DNA of 64,000 bases. Source: Macrostomum hystrix (lineage: Eukaryota > Animalia > Platyhelminthes). A program made the position numbers and the translations under genes. Positions 23,354 to 34,120 of the stretch are shown here, one piece after another. The stretch covers positions 3,410,001 to 3,474,000 of the forward strand of contig CATNEN010000008.1 in the NCBI GenBank assembly GCA_950097015.1, written 5' to 3'. The number at the start of each line of letters is the position of its first letter. Positions within the stretch are counted from its first letter, which is position 1. Under the pieces are notes generated by a model. It saw only the letters and a list, made by a program, of their open reading frames with translations. It had not been told where the DNA came from and did no database searches.

Positions 23354-26300
23354 TTATTTAAATTTGAGGTACCTTACAGCGGCCTGCTCAGGACGGTACA
23401 CGATGTACTCGTCGTTCAAGACGCCCTTGGTGGCCTTAGTGTTCCGCTTGGCGAACACAGAGTCGTAGCCTGCGTCGGTGACAGCCTTCAGGTTGAGGTG
23501 ATTCTGTGGCCTGTCGCAGACCATTGTCTTTCCGAGAAGAACGTCGCACAACAGAAGAGTCCGGGTGCCTGACTCGCGACAGTACTGCACGCTCTTTGTG
23601 GTGTCCGTGGCAAAGTAGATCCCGGCGCCGTACATTCCACTAGAGCCCACCTTGAATCCCTCTTTGATGATCAACTCGGCGATATCGCCTCGGGTTCCAT
23701 GAAAGAACTGCTCGGGAACTGAGTCCTTCTTCACCAACTGGCTGCGAACATCCAACAGACGACGGTCAAGAGCCATGTTCTCGATCTTCTCGATGCTCTC
23801 AATCTCTGTCACTGTGACAGAGTGTTCGCTCTTGATGTAGCGCATCACTCGATCGTACACCTTGAAGTACTCGACTGCCGTGTTCTCATCGCTCTCTGTC
23901 AGCACGCTTCTCTTGATCTCGTTACCTCGAGCTGTCTGCAGCTGCAGCAGCCTCAACTTCTTCTCAAGTCCCCAGCAGGAGGAGCAAGACTTTTTCTCCA
24001 ACAGTCTGGAAGCAGCGCAGCAAGCGAATTTCTCTTCGTGACCGCACTCAAACTTCTGAGATACAATGTCGAGGCACTCGTCCTCCAGCTCCCAGCAATG
24101 GCATTCGTGATTGCAGCCTTTCCTCTGTACCTTCACTGGGCATGGTGGACAAGGTGATTTTGAGCATACAAACTGGCACTTGTGCCCACAGGAGAGAGTC
24201 TTCTCGCATGGCTTCTGGCATGCTGTCTGCTTCACGAGTGAAACCTGGCTGCATTGTGTGCGCTGCGTGTGACCACAAGACAGGGTCACTAGCAAAAGAC
24301 GATCACATTGAGTCTTTTTCATTCCGCAAGGGCTCTCAAACTGAGCGCTGCATGTGATGCACTTTCTAGCAACCGTAACTGTACAAGAATTCTCGGAGCA
24401 GGTCTCAAAACACTTCTGGGCGCACCTGTGACCGCAGGACAGTGTCTTCGGACACTGCTCGACACATTTCACAGAACCATGCCCCCACTCAGTGCAAGTC
24501 AATCGCATCACATGACCACATGCTAACGTCTTAGCCGCATATTCCTCGCACGATAAAGTCGGCTGGTTACACAGCTTTGATTGAATGTGACCACAGGTCA
24601 GTTCGATATTTATTTTTTCGGCGCATAAGTTCGAATCGCATATCTCTCGGCAGCGAAGCTGGCAAGAATGCCCGCAACTTAATGTTTTGATGCATTTTTC
24701 AATGCAAATCTGTGGCTTTTTTAAATCACAGCATTTTATTTGCTTTGTGTGACTGCAAGGCAGCCTCACCGCAACGACCGCATCGCATCTTTGGTGCTTA
24801 TGCCATGGTTGGCACTTTTTGGGACAATTATGCTTGCCACACGGCATGTCTTGCATGCATACGCTTCTGCAGAAGACGCCCTTTGAGCTGGACAACTCTG
24901 CAGCAGTCCTCCAGCAGTGCTCTGTTCTGTGCTGCTTGCACACCACCGGAAACTCGTGTCGCAGCACTCCGTCCGCCTCAAACGCTGTCAGCAGGCAGTG
25001 CCACTCTGGGCAGCACTTTAGCAGCGACGCCTTGCCGATGAAGACGAGACCGCAGCGCGACCTAGACTGCGCCACACATCGACGGTTCAGTGAGGCCAGG
25101 AATCCGGGCTTCGCGCTGCGTACCAGTGACACTAGGACAATGTCGTTCTCGTCGCCTTGGTACACATCGATACTGTGCACTTTGATAAGGCCACCAGAGG
25201 CTCCAAAGTCGGCATTGTCTACTGCGTCCGTGACATCAGATGTGCCGTCCAGCTCGTTCTTCCATTTTTCCAACTTCGGTCGCAGTTTCTGGCGAATGAG
25301 CCGCACCTGGCCCTGATACGGTGTCAGAATCGTGATCTGGCTGGGCTTGTAGCCGAACCTCAGGAACGTCATCGCCAATTGAACTGTCAGTTCCGCCTCG
25401 CCTTCGTTCACGTAGCTTCGCTCTCCGGACTCCGGCATGTTCTCGACGTCCCCAAATGCCACAGCGTGCGGCATGAACGACGGAACTTGATGGTCTTTCA
25501 CGCTCTCCTCGTTGTCCTTCAAGTTCGGATAGACGTCAAGCCTCAGGTACTTGGAAATGTCAGTGCGCATTCGGTTCTGGAATTCGAGACAGTCGAACGG
25601 AAAGCCGCAGTTGATGAGCCTCTCCATCATTGACACGTCTAGATGACAGTGCTTCACCAGCTCAAAGTTCTCCACGTTAGGACGCAGCTGCTTGTGATCA
25701 CCGATAAGGTAGAGCCTCTCTGTCCAGTCTCCCAGACAGCCAAGAAGCATTGGCTCCATGATCTCAGCGGCCTCTTCGACGACAACTGTGTTGGGCCTGA
25801 GTCGCTTGAGTAGCTCATTGTTGATTGATGCTCCGGTGATGGTCATCGCAATCACGTCGACGCTCTGGCAGATCTGGACATCTCTGTTTAAGTTCGCTTC
25901 CTTCAACTCGTCTCGATGACGCTCGTACTCGCTGAAGTCTGAGTTCAATTTCGAGCACTGCATTCTCCATAGTTTCTCATAGTGGTCCAACAAGCAGCCC
26001 TGCATGAACAGAAATCGATCCTCAGGCTTCAGCTCCCACAGATTCTGGCTGTATCGCAGAGATGACCACCTCTCTGACACAATTTGAATGAGACGCAGGT
26101 CAAGCTTGAGACTGCTCGGCTCTTGCTCTGCCAACAGCAGGCTGATGTTTTCAATGCTGCGGCTGTCTCCACCTGAAACGAGAAGCCGTTCCATCTTCAT
26201 TTGCTCCTGCTCATCGTTGATCTCGTCCTCCTCGACGTCGTTTGCGTCAGGCGTCTTTGAATTGTCACTGCGTGGTGCGCCATCGCTCGGTTTCAGCGAC

Positions 26301-29300
26301 TGAAGCATAGCTGGAATAATTCTATTCATCATCTGCTGATTTGGAATCCAGCTTCGCAAAGCAATCCCTAGCCTATCTTTCAGCGGTTGAGGAGGCACAG
26401 TGCCCTGTCGACGCATTGTGCATGTTGGATGCTGAAGAAACTGCCTCCAGAACCGATCCTGATTTTGTTCGCTCCAGTAGACCGACAAGAAATTTGCACA
26501 GAACGAAACATTTTCCATCTTAAACAGATTGCTCAGCTGCATCAAAAGAGTTCTTTTCGATTGCTCAGCAAGGCGCCAGTGGTCTTTTGCCTCCTCGTCT
26601 GGCAACGTGTCTCTCCTAGATCGAATGTCAAGCCTTTTTGTAAGCTCGGTTTTTTTCGATCGACCACCAAGTCGAATCAGGTCTATTTGAGAATCGTATC
26701 GCGTGACAATCTTCCTAATGAACTCGTCGAGAGCGTTGTTCTTGTAGGTGACGAGAAGCACAGGACCCCGCCTGTCCATTCTTGTCTCATTCGCTGTGAG
26801 ATACCGCACCAGATGAGTCCCCACGAAGGTCTTGCCGCACCCAGGAGGTCCTTGGATGATTGAAATTCTGCGCCGCGTGCAGTTCTTGAAAGCCACTTTC
26901 TGCGACGCATCGAGTTCTTTGCAAATGCCTTTCAAAACTCTTCGACGCATTTCAGACAACTTTTCCGGTGCTACAGAAAGACTCTTCCTTGGCGAAAAAG
27001 GAAAGAGCAGTCGGTTAATTCGCAAACTTGACTGAGACTCGGGAGACACTGCCTCGACTGGAAGCTCTTCTGTTACCTTGACGGTAATCTCGTCGAAGTC
27101 ACAGGACACTAGTTCCTTCACCAGAGGCAGCTTCTTGCCCTCGAGGGACTGCACATTCTTGAGCACGTGTCGGTAGGCCTGGTAGTAGGTCGGAGACTCG
27201 GCCAGCCACAAAGGTGACTTTCGAACACGCAGCCGTCGAAGCAGATCTGACAGCTCGATGCTGTTGGATTCGCCGATCGGCTCAACGAAGATCAGACCAT
27301 TGTTGTTCAGCAAGTCGGAGTCTCGGTTGCTCACTGTGACGCACACAAACTCTGAGAATGCATCGTCGAACGAGAGACAAAGCAAATTGCCGAACATGAG
27401 CAGAGGAGACTTGTCCCAGTTCTTCACCTCTCTGTTGAATGGCTTGACCTTCAGCACCAAAGAGAGCTCTCTGTGGGTGATGTCGATGCCTCTGAGCTCC
27501 ACTTCGTGGTAGACGGTCATGTCTCTGCGGTTCAGTGTGCCGCCGACAAACTGCTGAATTCCCGATCTCAGCTTCTCAAAGCAGTCCGCTCGGAGCAGCT
27601 TCAGGTTCGTCTCAAGATAGTCAGCCACGGAGTCGTACGGAGCGTGAGTTCGCACAGATGGCAGCAGGCGGATCATCTCTCCCATGTCGGCAGAGACCAC
27701 AATCTCCTCCTTATTCAGGGTGACTGGCAGCTCATGCCAGCTCAGGTCGGAGGTGCGCTTTGGCAGAAATCTCTTGCACATCAGCATGGCCAGCTCGAAG
27801 GCCTCACTGTGGCCAGTAAAGTGGGAGGCATAGAACTTCTGGCAGAGCTGCATGATGAGGTAGCATCTCTCAGGAACCAGTTGACCAACCAGTTCGCAGA
27901 AGCTCTTGAGTGTGCTCACTTTCTCTCTTGTCCAGTTTCTGCTCGCCGCCTCATTGAACAGCTGGCGGCATGCGCCCCTGTCAAGCTGGAAGTTCCTCTC
28001 GTGCATCAGGTGTCCGAGGCTCAGGCCCAAGTTGGCCCGCTGGTAGGAACTGGCGCTGCTGCTCACTCGGACCATGAACTCGACTACGGAGTACAGAGAG
28101 TCAGCATTCAGTCGAGGCCACTGACCGACGATCGCCCATGCTGGAGGCACCGACAGGAGCAGCTGAATGTCTTTGTTGCTCGACTTGTGTTTGAGCGAGT
28201 GGATGAAGTCCCAGACTTCTTCGTCATCTCTCTCGACTGGCTTGTCCAGGCGCATGTCCATGCTGGACCTCTGACCTTGCTTCCCTTCTCGGGGCGTGCA
28301 GATCACCTGGTCACCTTGCTTCGGACTCCAGCAGCCGTAGTACAATTTTCTGGGGAGAACTGACTGCCTGCCAGTTGCAGTCAATACCAGGTATATCGTT
28401 GCATTTCCATCTTTGATTGCTTGTCTGCCAGTTATGGTGCCTGTGAAGATGGATATGGCAGCCGCCATCGGTGCAACGGGTTCCTTATCTTTTAGCGGTG
28501 CTTGGCTTATGTCCTTGGCTACGTCCTTCCCATTTTTGTTTTCGATCTGATATCGCAACCGGTCGCCAAGATTCAGGTTCAGCCGCTGGACCCAATGGGG
28601 CCAAAAGATGACGCCGTGACTGGCTGTCGGGCTGTCGTCGTAAGTGACGTAGCCGCACCCGCCAGGCTTGATGTGGACAACGTAGCCTGCAGTGTTGCAG
28701 TGGGAGTTTGACTTTTAAAACTCCTCGACGTATGTTACTAATTTGGGGGTGAGTGGCAGAGCAGTTAACGCGTTCGCCTCTCGCACCGAGGTCCCTGAGC
28801 TCGATTCTGCAGTGAGGCCTCATTAAATTAGGGCGCAGCCGCGGAGAGAAGGCTTGGGGCTTGACGTGTAATTTACGCCTTCGAAGTCCAACCTCCAAGG
28901 AACAGTGAATTGTACACTGCCTGACGATGAAAAAGTCAGGGTAGATGTACACACCTGTGTGACAGTGTGCCTTCGTACAGTATCTGCGCGGGTGTGTGGT
29001 CAGGAGTCAGCGGAATGGGGCAGAATTCTCCTCGCTGGCTGCGGGTCGACTCTCATTAAATTAGAATCATCATTATACATTTGCATTTTATATTTCCTAA
29101 GTAATTTTTCCTAGTTCTAACGATCCCACTACGAGAACGAACAATTTTAAAAAGTGTTTTGAGGATTGGAATAACAAGAGAGCATTGACGATCAGGCTTA
29201 CCGAACCTAAAGCGACCCTGACTTTCGTCTTTTTCGTCGCCATCGAATGCTTTGTCCGACTCTGAGGCAGCCCACGCCTGTTCACAAGATTCTGTGTCTG

Positions 29301-31047
29301 GCTTGGGAAAACCACCTGCGTTGGTTTTTTATTCCAGAGGAAAGCATTTATTTGACGATTCGTGTCTTTGGGACGACTTTCTCTGCTTTAACAGACCGGG
29401 GGTATTTCAAATACCCAAATTTTCCTTTTTTCTGTACCTCCCAAAATATTCAATCAAACACCACCAAAATTCTGAACATGAGCTAAAATTTTCCGCTCTA
29501 TCCGATGAAAATCACAAAACATTGGCATCGTCGAGATATTCAACGATTCTTGTCGAGGTTAGTCAGTTAATCGTGACTACTATCGTGAAGTAGTCAGTTA
29601 ATCGTGACTACTATCGGGAAGTAGTCAGTTAATCGTGACTACTATCGGGAAGTAGTCAGTTAATCGTGACTACTATCGGGAAGTAGTCAGTTAATCGTGA
29701 CTACTATCGTGAAGTAGTCAGTTAATCGTGACTACTATCGGGAAGTAGTCAGTTAATCGTGGCTACTATCGTGAAGTAGTCAGTTAATCGTGACTACTAT
29801 CGGGAAGTAGTCAGTTAATCGTGACTACTATCGTGAAGTAGTCAGTTAATCGTGGCTACTATCGTGAAGTAGTCAGTTAATCGTGACTACTATCGGGAAG
29901 TAGTCAGTTAATCGTGACTACTATCGGGAAGTAGTCAGTTAATCGTGACTACTATCGGGAAGTAGTCAGTTAATCGTGACTACTATCGTGAAGTAGTCAG
30001 TTAATCGTGGCTACTATCGGAAAGTAGTCAGTTAATCGTGACTACTATCGTGAAGTAGTCAGTTAATCGTGACTACTATCGTGAAGTAGTCAGTTAATCG
30101 TGACTACTATCGTGAAGTAGTCAGTTAATCGTGACTACTATCGGGAAGTAGTCAGTTAATCGTGGCTACTATCGTGAAGTAGTCAGTTAATCGTGACTAC
30201 TATCGGGAAGTAGTCAGTTAATCGTGACTACTATCGTGAAGTAGTCAGTTAATCGTGACTACTATCGTGAAGTAGTCAGTTAATCGTGACTACTATCGTG
30301 AAGTAGTCAGTTAATCGTGGCTACTATCGGGAAGTAGTCAGTTAATCGTGGCTACTATCGGGAAGTAGTCAGTTAATCGTGGCTACTATCGTGAAGTAGT
30401 CAGTTAATCGTGGCTACTATCGTGAAGTAGTCAGTTAATCGTGACTGCTATCGGGAAGTAGTCAGTTAATCGTGACTGCTATCGGGAAGTAGTCAGTTAA
30501 TCGTGGCTACTATCGTGAAGTAGTCAGTTAATCGTGACTAGTCAGTTCATCGTGACTACTATCGTGAAGTAGTCAGTTAATCGTGACTACTATCGGGAAG
30601 TAGTCAGTTAATCGTGACTAGTCAGTTAATCGTGACTACTATCGGGAAGTAGTCAGTTAATCGTGACTACTATCGGGAAGTAGTCAGTTAATATTTGAAA
30701 TACCCCGTGGTTTTTACCCAGGGGGAAAAATAGCAAGGACTTATTATTGTTAAAGGTATGAATTGTGAACTTCTGTCGCGCATTGGAAGACAGAGGCAAG
30801 ACATTGTTAGAGCTCATTTCTGACGTACCGGCCCCTCCAGCTCCTCGTCCAACGGGCGCACGGCGGCTCTTGCTGCATCCTCTTCTTCCGCCTCTGGACT
30901 TTACCGACTGTGGGTCTGAAATTAGTTTATTTTAGTAATGAATAAAACATAGCTCACATGCTATTGTGCCATTGTTATTTTGATACCTTCACTCTGAGCT
31001 TGTGCCCAAGGTGGACGATGACTTGATCGCGATCGAAAATGAGCCAT
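23354..31047 (-). CDS. ZNFX1: ZNFX1-like SF1 RNA helicase / NF-X1 zinc-finger protein fused to a C-terminal PARP-like ADP-ribosyltransferase, with N-terminal RGG-like and cold-shock modules; copy A (~1826 aa). Exons 31047-30987, 30915-30829, 28686-23354
   Basis: Helicase motifs: IIQGPPGCGKT, VTYKNNALDEF, LIRLGGRS, VVVEEAAE, LIGDHKQLRP, LDVSMMERL, LEFQNRM, ILTPYQGQV, YQGDENDIVLVSLVRS, NRRCVAQSR. Repeated C-x3-L-x-C-G-H fingers follow. ART motifs: FFHGT, GMYGAGIYFA, NDEYIVY. Two small upstream exons join by phase-1 GT-AG introns into one open frame (5481 nt). Confidence 0.9.
28745..29055 (+). mobile_element. tRNA-derived SINE, family 1, copy 1 (in intron 2 of ZNFX1-PARP copy A, antisense to the gene)
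   Basis: A-box-like TGGCAGAGCAGTT and B-box-like GAGCTCGATTC in a tRNA-like head. The body is shared with copies at 34121, 39797 and 49440. Confidence 0.8.
29396..30710. mobile_element. Putative non-autonomous DNA transposon bounded by terminal inverted repeats and carrying an internal 31-bp satellite
   Basis: 15-bp perfect inverted repeat GGGGTATTTCAAATA (29399-29413) / TATTTGAAATACCCC (30692-30706). The left ~165 bp recurs, diverged, at ~32903-33072. No clear TSD was seen. Confidence 0.55.
29561..30690. repeat. 31-bp minisatellite (AGTAGTCAGTTAATCGTGACTACTATCG(G/T)GA), ~36 copies, each with an 8-bp hairpin stem
   Basis: Tandem periodicity; AGTAGTCA/TGACTACT inverted repeat within each unit. 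Confidence 0.97.
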
Positions 31048-31342
31048 TTTAATCTCTCAGATTTCTGGAAGTGTTTGGTTGATGCTTTTATAGTAAAAAA
31101 TGGCTACACATATGCCGCTCTACCTCTCCTCACACGTTATACATTTTCTTCTCTAATTCTGAAACCCTTGAAGACAAAAATATGATGATAAAAGCATGTT
31201 TGAGGAAACCTTGCTAATAGCTTTTCGGCACACTATAGTTTACCAGATATTTTCATAGATACACACTTAAACGCATTTGCTTTGATCAAAGAGTGAAATT
31301 TCAGTCAGTCATGGCTAAGACATATTCATGTCTTAACAAATG

Positions 31343-31434
31343 GAAAAAGGAAAGAGCAGTCGGTTAATTCGCAAACTTGACTGAGACTCGGGTGTCACTG
31401 CCTCGACTGGAAGCTCCTCTGTTACCTTGACGGT
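31343..31434 (-). pseudogene. 92-bp orphan copy of internal ZNFX1-PARP coding sequence (matches 26994-27085)
   Basis: Near-identical by direct alignment (about three substitutions), same orientation as copy A, ~300 bp upstream of its ATG. Confidence 0.9.
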
Positions 31435-32488
31435 GAGGCCTCATTAACTTACTTTACACACGCTCATTATTCTATGGCCTAAACAAGTCCCGCAATCCAA
31501 TCTCTCCTGTGTTTATTCCAAGCACTAAAACTTCGTCTCTGGCTAATGTTTGTAGATAACTATGAGCGGTACGCAATGAGTAAATCTTTTCATTGCAGAC
31601 GATCAAATCGTATGAACTGTCTGTGGCATAGAAAAGTGAGACGCTCGTAGCAGGGGGGGTGTGAAGAAAACTTGAAGAAAACTTTGATGTCTATGGTAGA
31701 GTGTATTCATACCTCTTCTCATCTAGGTTCAATGCCGAATGGCAAACAAACAATGAATTGTAACGCATAAAAACTACAAATAATGATCGTCAAATAGTGA
31801 TATAATGAAAACATTTATGCGGTACGCAATAGTCGTGACGCAATGATTAGGCCATAGAATATTGGATCCGATGAAATCCAATGAACGCGAAGGACCACTT
31901 ACAATCGTTTGGCAAAGATACCATTTAGATGCTATTATATCTTACCTTTTACAATATAGTCGAACGGTCGAAACTTTCATCGTTTGCGCCTCTACGTTTT
32001 AAACCTGGGAGTTATCTAACATTTCTCTCAGAGATTTGTGCAGTTTTTATGGCTAAAATACGCTGACATATATAGAGTTGATGGCAAAAGCGAAATTGTC
32101 AGGCTTTCTTGGAAATTATCAAGGCCGCTGCGCGTGAGCACAGTACTTAGTGCACTGCGCGTACACCCACTGTTAGTTAGAGCGGGAACCGCTAAGTGCG
32201 GTACTGTGCCTATTATCTGAGCAGGTGGTACGCTGCTAGTGGCTAGAAGGCTTTTTTCGTTTTTGTTTTTCTATTTGTTTACGTAAACAGAATTATATTA
32301 AGCCAATCGAATGCAACGAATTTGGTCCCTCTACTCTTAACCACAGAATATTACAATATTGTTATATTCTGTGCTCTTAACAGCTTAACAGCTAACATCG
32401 TTAATTTCCAACGTCTAACGTTGCAGGCTGCCGTCTATCTATCAACCTTACTGTTGTACTCGTACTTAAACTAGCTTTGTTGTTAGTT

Positions 32489-32742
32489 GACCGATGCCGC
32501 TGCTTAAGCAGCCATAGACTGTTCTGACCGCTGCCGCTGCTTAAGCAGCCATAGACTGTTCTGACCGATGCCGCTGCTTAAGCAGCCATAGACTGTTCTG
32601 ACCGATGCCGCTGCTTAAGCAGCCATAGACTGTTCTGACCGATGCCGCTGCTTAAGCAGCCATAGACTGTTCTGACCGATGCCGCTGCTTAAGCAGCCAT
32701 AGACTGTTCTGACCGATGCCGCTGCTTAAGCAGCCATAGACT
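32489..32742. repeat. 37-bp tandem repeat (GACCGATGCCGCTGCTTAAGCAGCCATAGACTGTTCT), ~7 copies
   Basis: Tandem periodicity; contains the perfect 14-bp palindrome GCTGCTTAAGCAGC. Confidence 0.96.
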
Positions 32743-32902
32743 ACCCCACTTAACAAGTGCGCGAGGCCCAGCCCCTCGCAAATATATGCACCTTCTTGCG
32801 TTCCCTTCTGCTTCTCGCTTTAGCGACTTAGTTACACTTACATCAACCTTTTAGTCTGAATCGTTACCCTCGTAGTTTCGTTACGACTTTAAAATTCGAC
32901 CG

Positions 32903-33072
32903 ACCACGGGGATATTACAAATACTTACATTTTCCCCTATATCCTAAAACATTCAACCAAACGCCATGAAAATCCAGACCACGGGCTACAATTTTCCACT
33001 CTCTCTGATGAAAAAACTTTCAGAATCATAAAACATTGGCATCATGAAGATATTCAACGATTCTCGACGGGG
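32903..33072. repeat. Second, diverged copy of the left end of the TIR element at 29396
   Basis: Shared blocks such as GGGG..ATT.CAAATAC, CAAAACATTGGCATC and GATATTCAACGATTCT. Confidence 0.7.
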
Positions 33073-33262
33073 GTGTCTGGTAGCAAAGGCCACCTACATC
33101 GGCAGAATTTTTCAGCTCCAAAAATTTAAACAGTTAACCATGTCGGCCATTATTGTTGACCATATTGCATTGAATATATTGTTTATTGTTATGTATCTTA
33201 GCTAATATGGATTCGCTTTATTGGTTCATACATAGCAATTTTGTTTTTCTTGTCTCCGGTCT

Positions 33263-34115
33263 ACAGAAATGTACATTCACTCCAGAAATGTACATTCACT
33301 CCAGAAATGTACATTCACAACAGCGATGTGTGTGTATGACCACAAACCAGTCAGTCTTTCGCAGTCCGTCAGGCCAAGAAAATGCGCCGTGGCTATTTGG
33401 GGGGGTCCAGAGGTCAATGACAGAAAGGACGGTAGGCCGCATCTGAGAGGCAAACAGGTGCTGGGTGTCATGCGTGACTCGCCACAGTTAGGACAGCGGT
33501 CCTCTGCGACGCCGTAGCAGACGAGGATGGGAGACAGCCGGCTGAGCGAAGTGCGTGCGAGCGCGTCGCCTAAGCTTAGTCTCATCCGGCCACAGCCCAA
33601 CCACTCTGTTAGGCGGGAGGGAAGCGATGACAGCCTAGACTTCGCGTGTGTGCTGAGCTCTGCGGGCTACCTTGAGGACCTCCTCGTCGTCTAGGCCTTT
33701 CGAAACCGAAAACCCCGCGAGCCAGTCGGCGTTGCGGTGACAATGCGTGAAGAACTCCGTCTTTAGGGTATTTAGGGTCACATTGGAGTTTAGGGTCAAA
33801 TGTGACACCAAGAATTTTGGTGTGGGTCACCTGCGCCAGAACAACCCCCGTTGATGCGGACGTCCAGCTGGAGACTGTACTGTTTTTGGTCCAGCGTGAA
33901 CAGCGTTGATGAGAATTGATGACCAACTACAGCGATGTACAATCACTCCAGTGATGTAGATTCACACCAGCGATGTACATTCACTCCAGCGATGTACATT
34001 CACTCCAGCGATTTACATTCACTCCAGCTATGTACATTCACTCCAGCGATTTAAATTCACTCCAGCGATGTACATTCACTCCAGCGATGCACTTTCACAC
34101 CAGCGATGTACATTC
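33263..34115. repeat. 19-bp minisatellite (CAGCGATGTACATTCACTC), split into 33263-33320 and 33929-34115 by a LINE fragment
   Basis: The same unit is present on both sides of the insertion. Confidence 0.85.
33330..33928 (-). mobile_element. Decayed, internally deleted non-LTR retrotransposon (LINE) 3' fragment, probably I/Ingi/Jockey group
   Basis: The minus strand encodes KILGVTFDPKL (post-RT motif) and a frameshifted C-terminal Cys/His knuckle (RCPNCGES..HLF..DLW..AHFLGL). There is a (CA)n-like tail and a flanking 10-bp direct repeat ACAGCGATGT (33320-33329, 33929-33938). Confidence 0.7.
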
Positions 34116-34120
34116 ATTCC

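Noticed and set aside
27473-28363. 296-aa ORF antisense to ZNFX1-PARP (duplicated at 40727-41617) and other antisense ORFs
   Set aside because: Shadow ORFs of GC-rich coding sequence; their duplication just follows the gene duplication, and they contain no recognisable motifs.
29561-32742. Palindromic 31-bp and 37-bp repeats of CRISPR-like length
   Set aside because: Units are head-to-tail with no unique spacers, there are no cas genes, and the context is eukaryotic.
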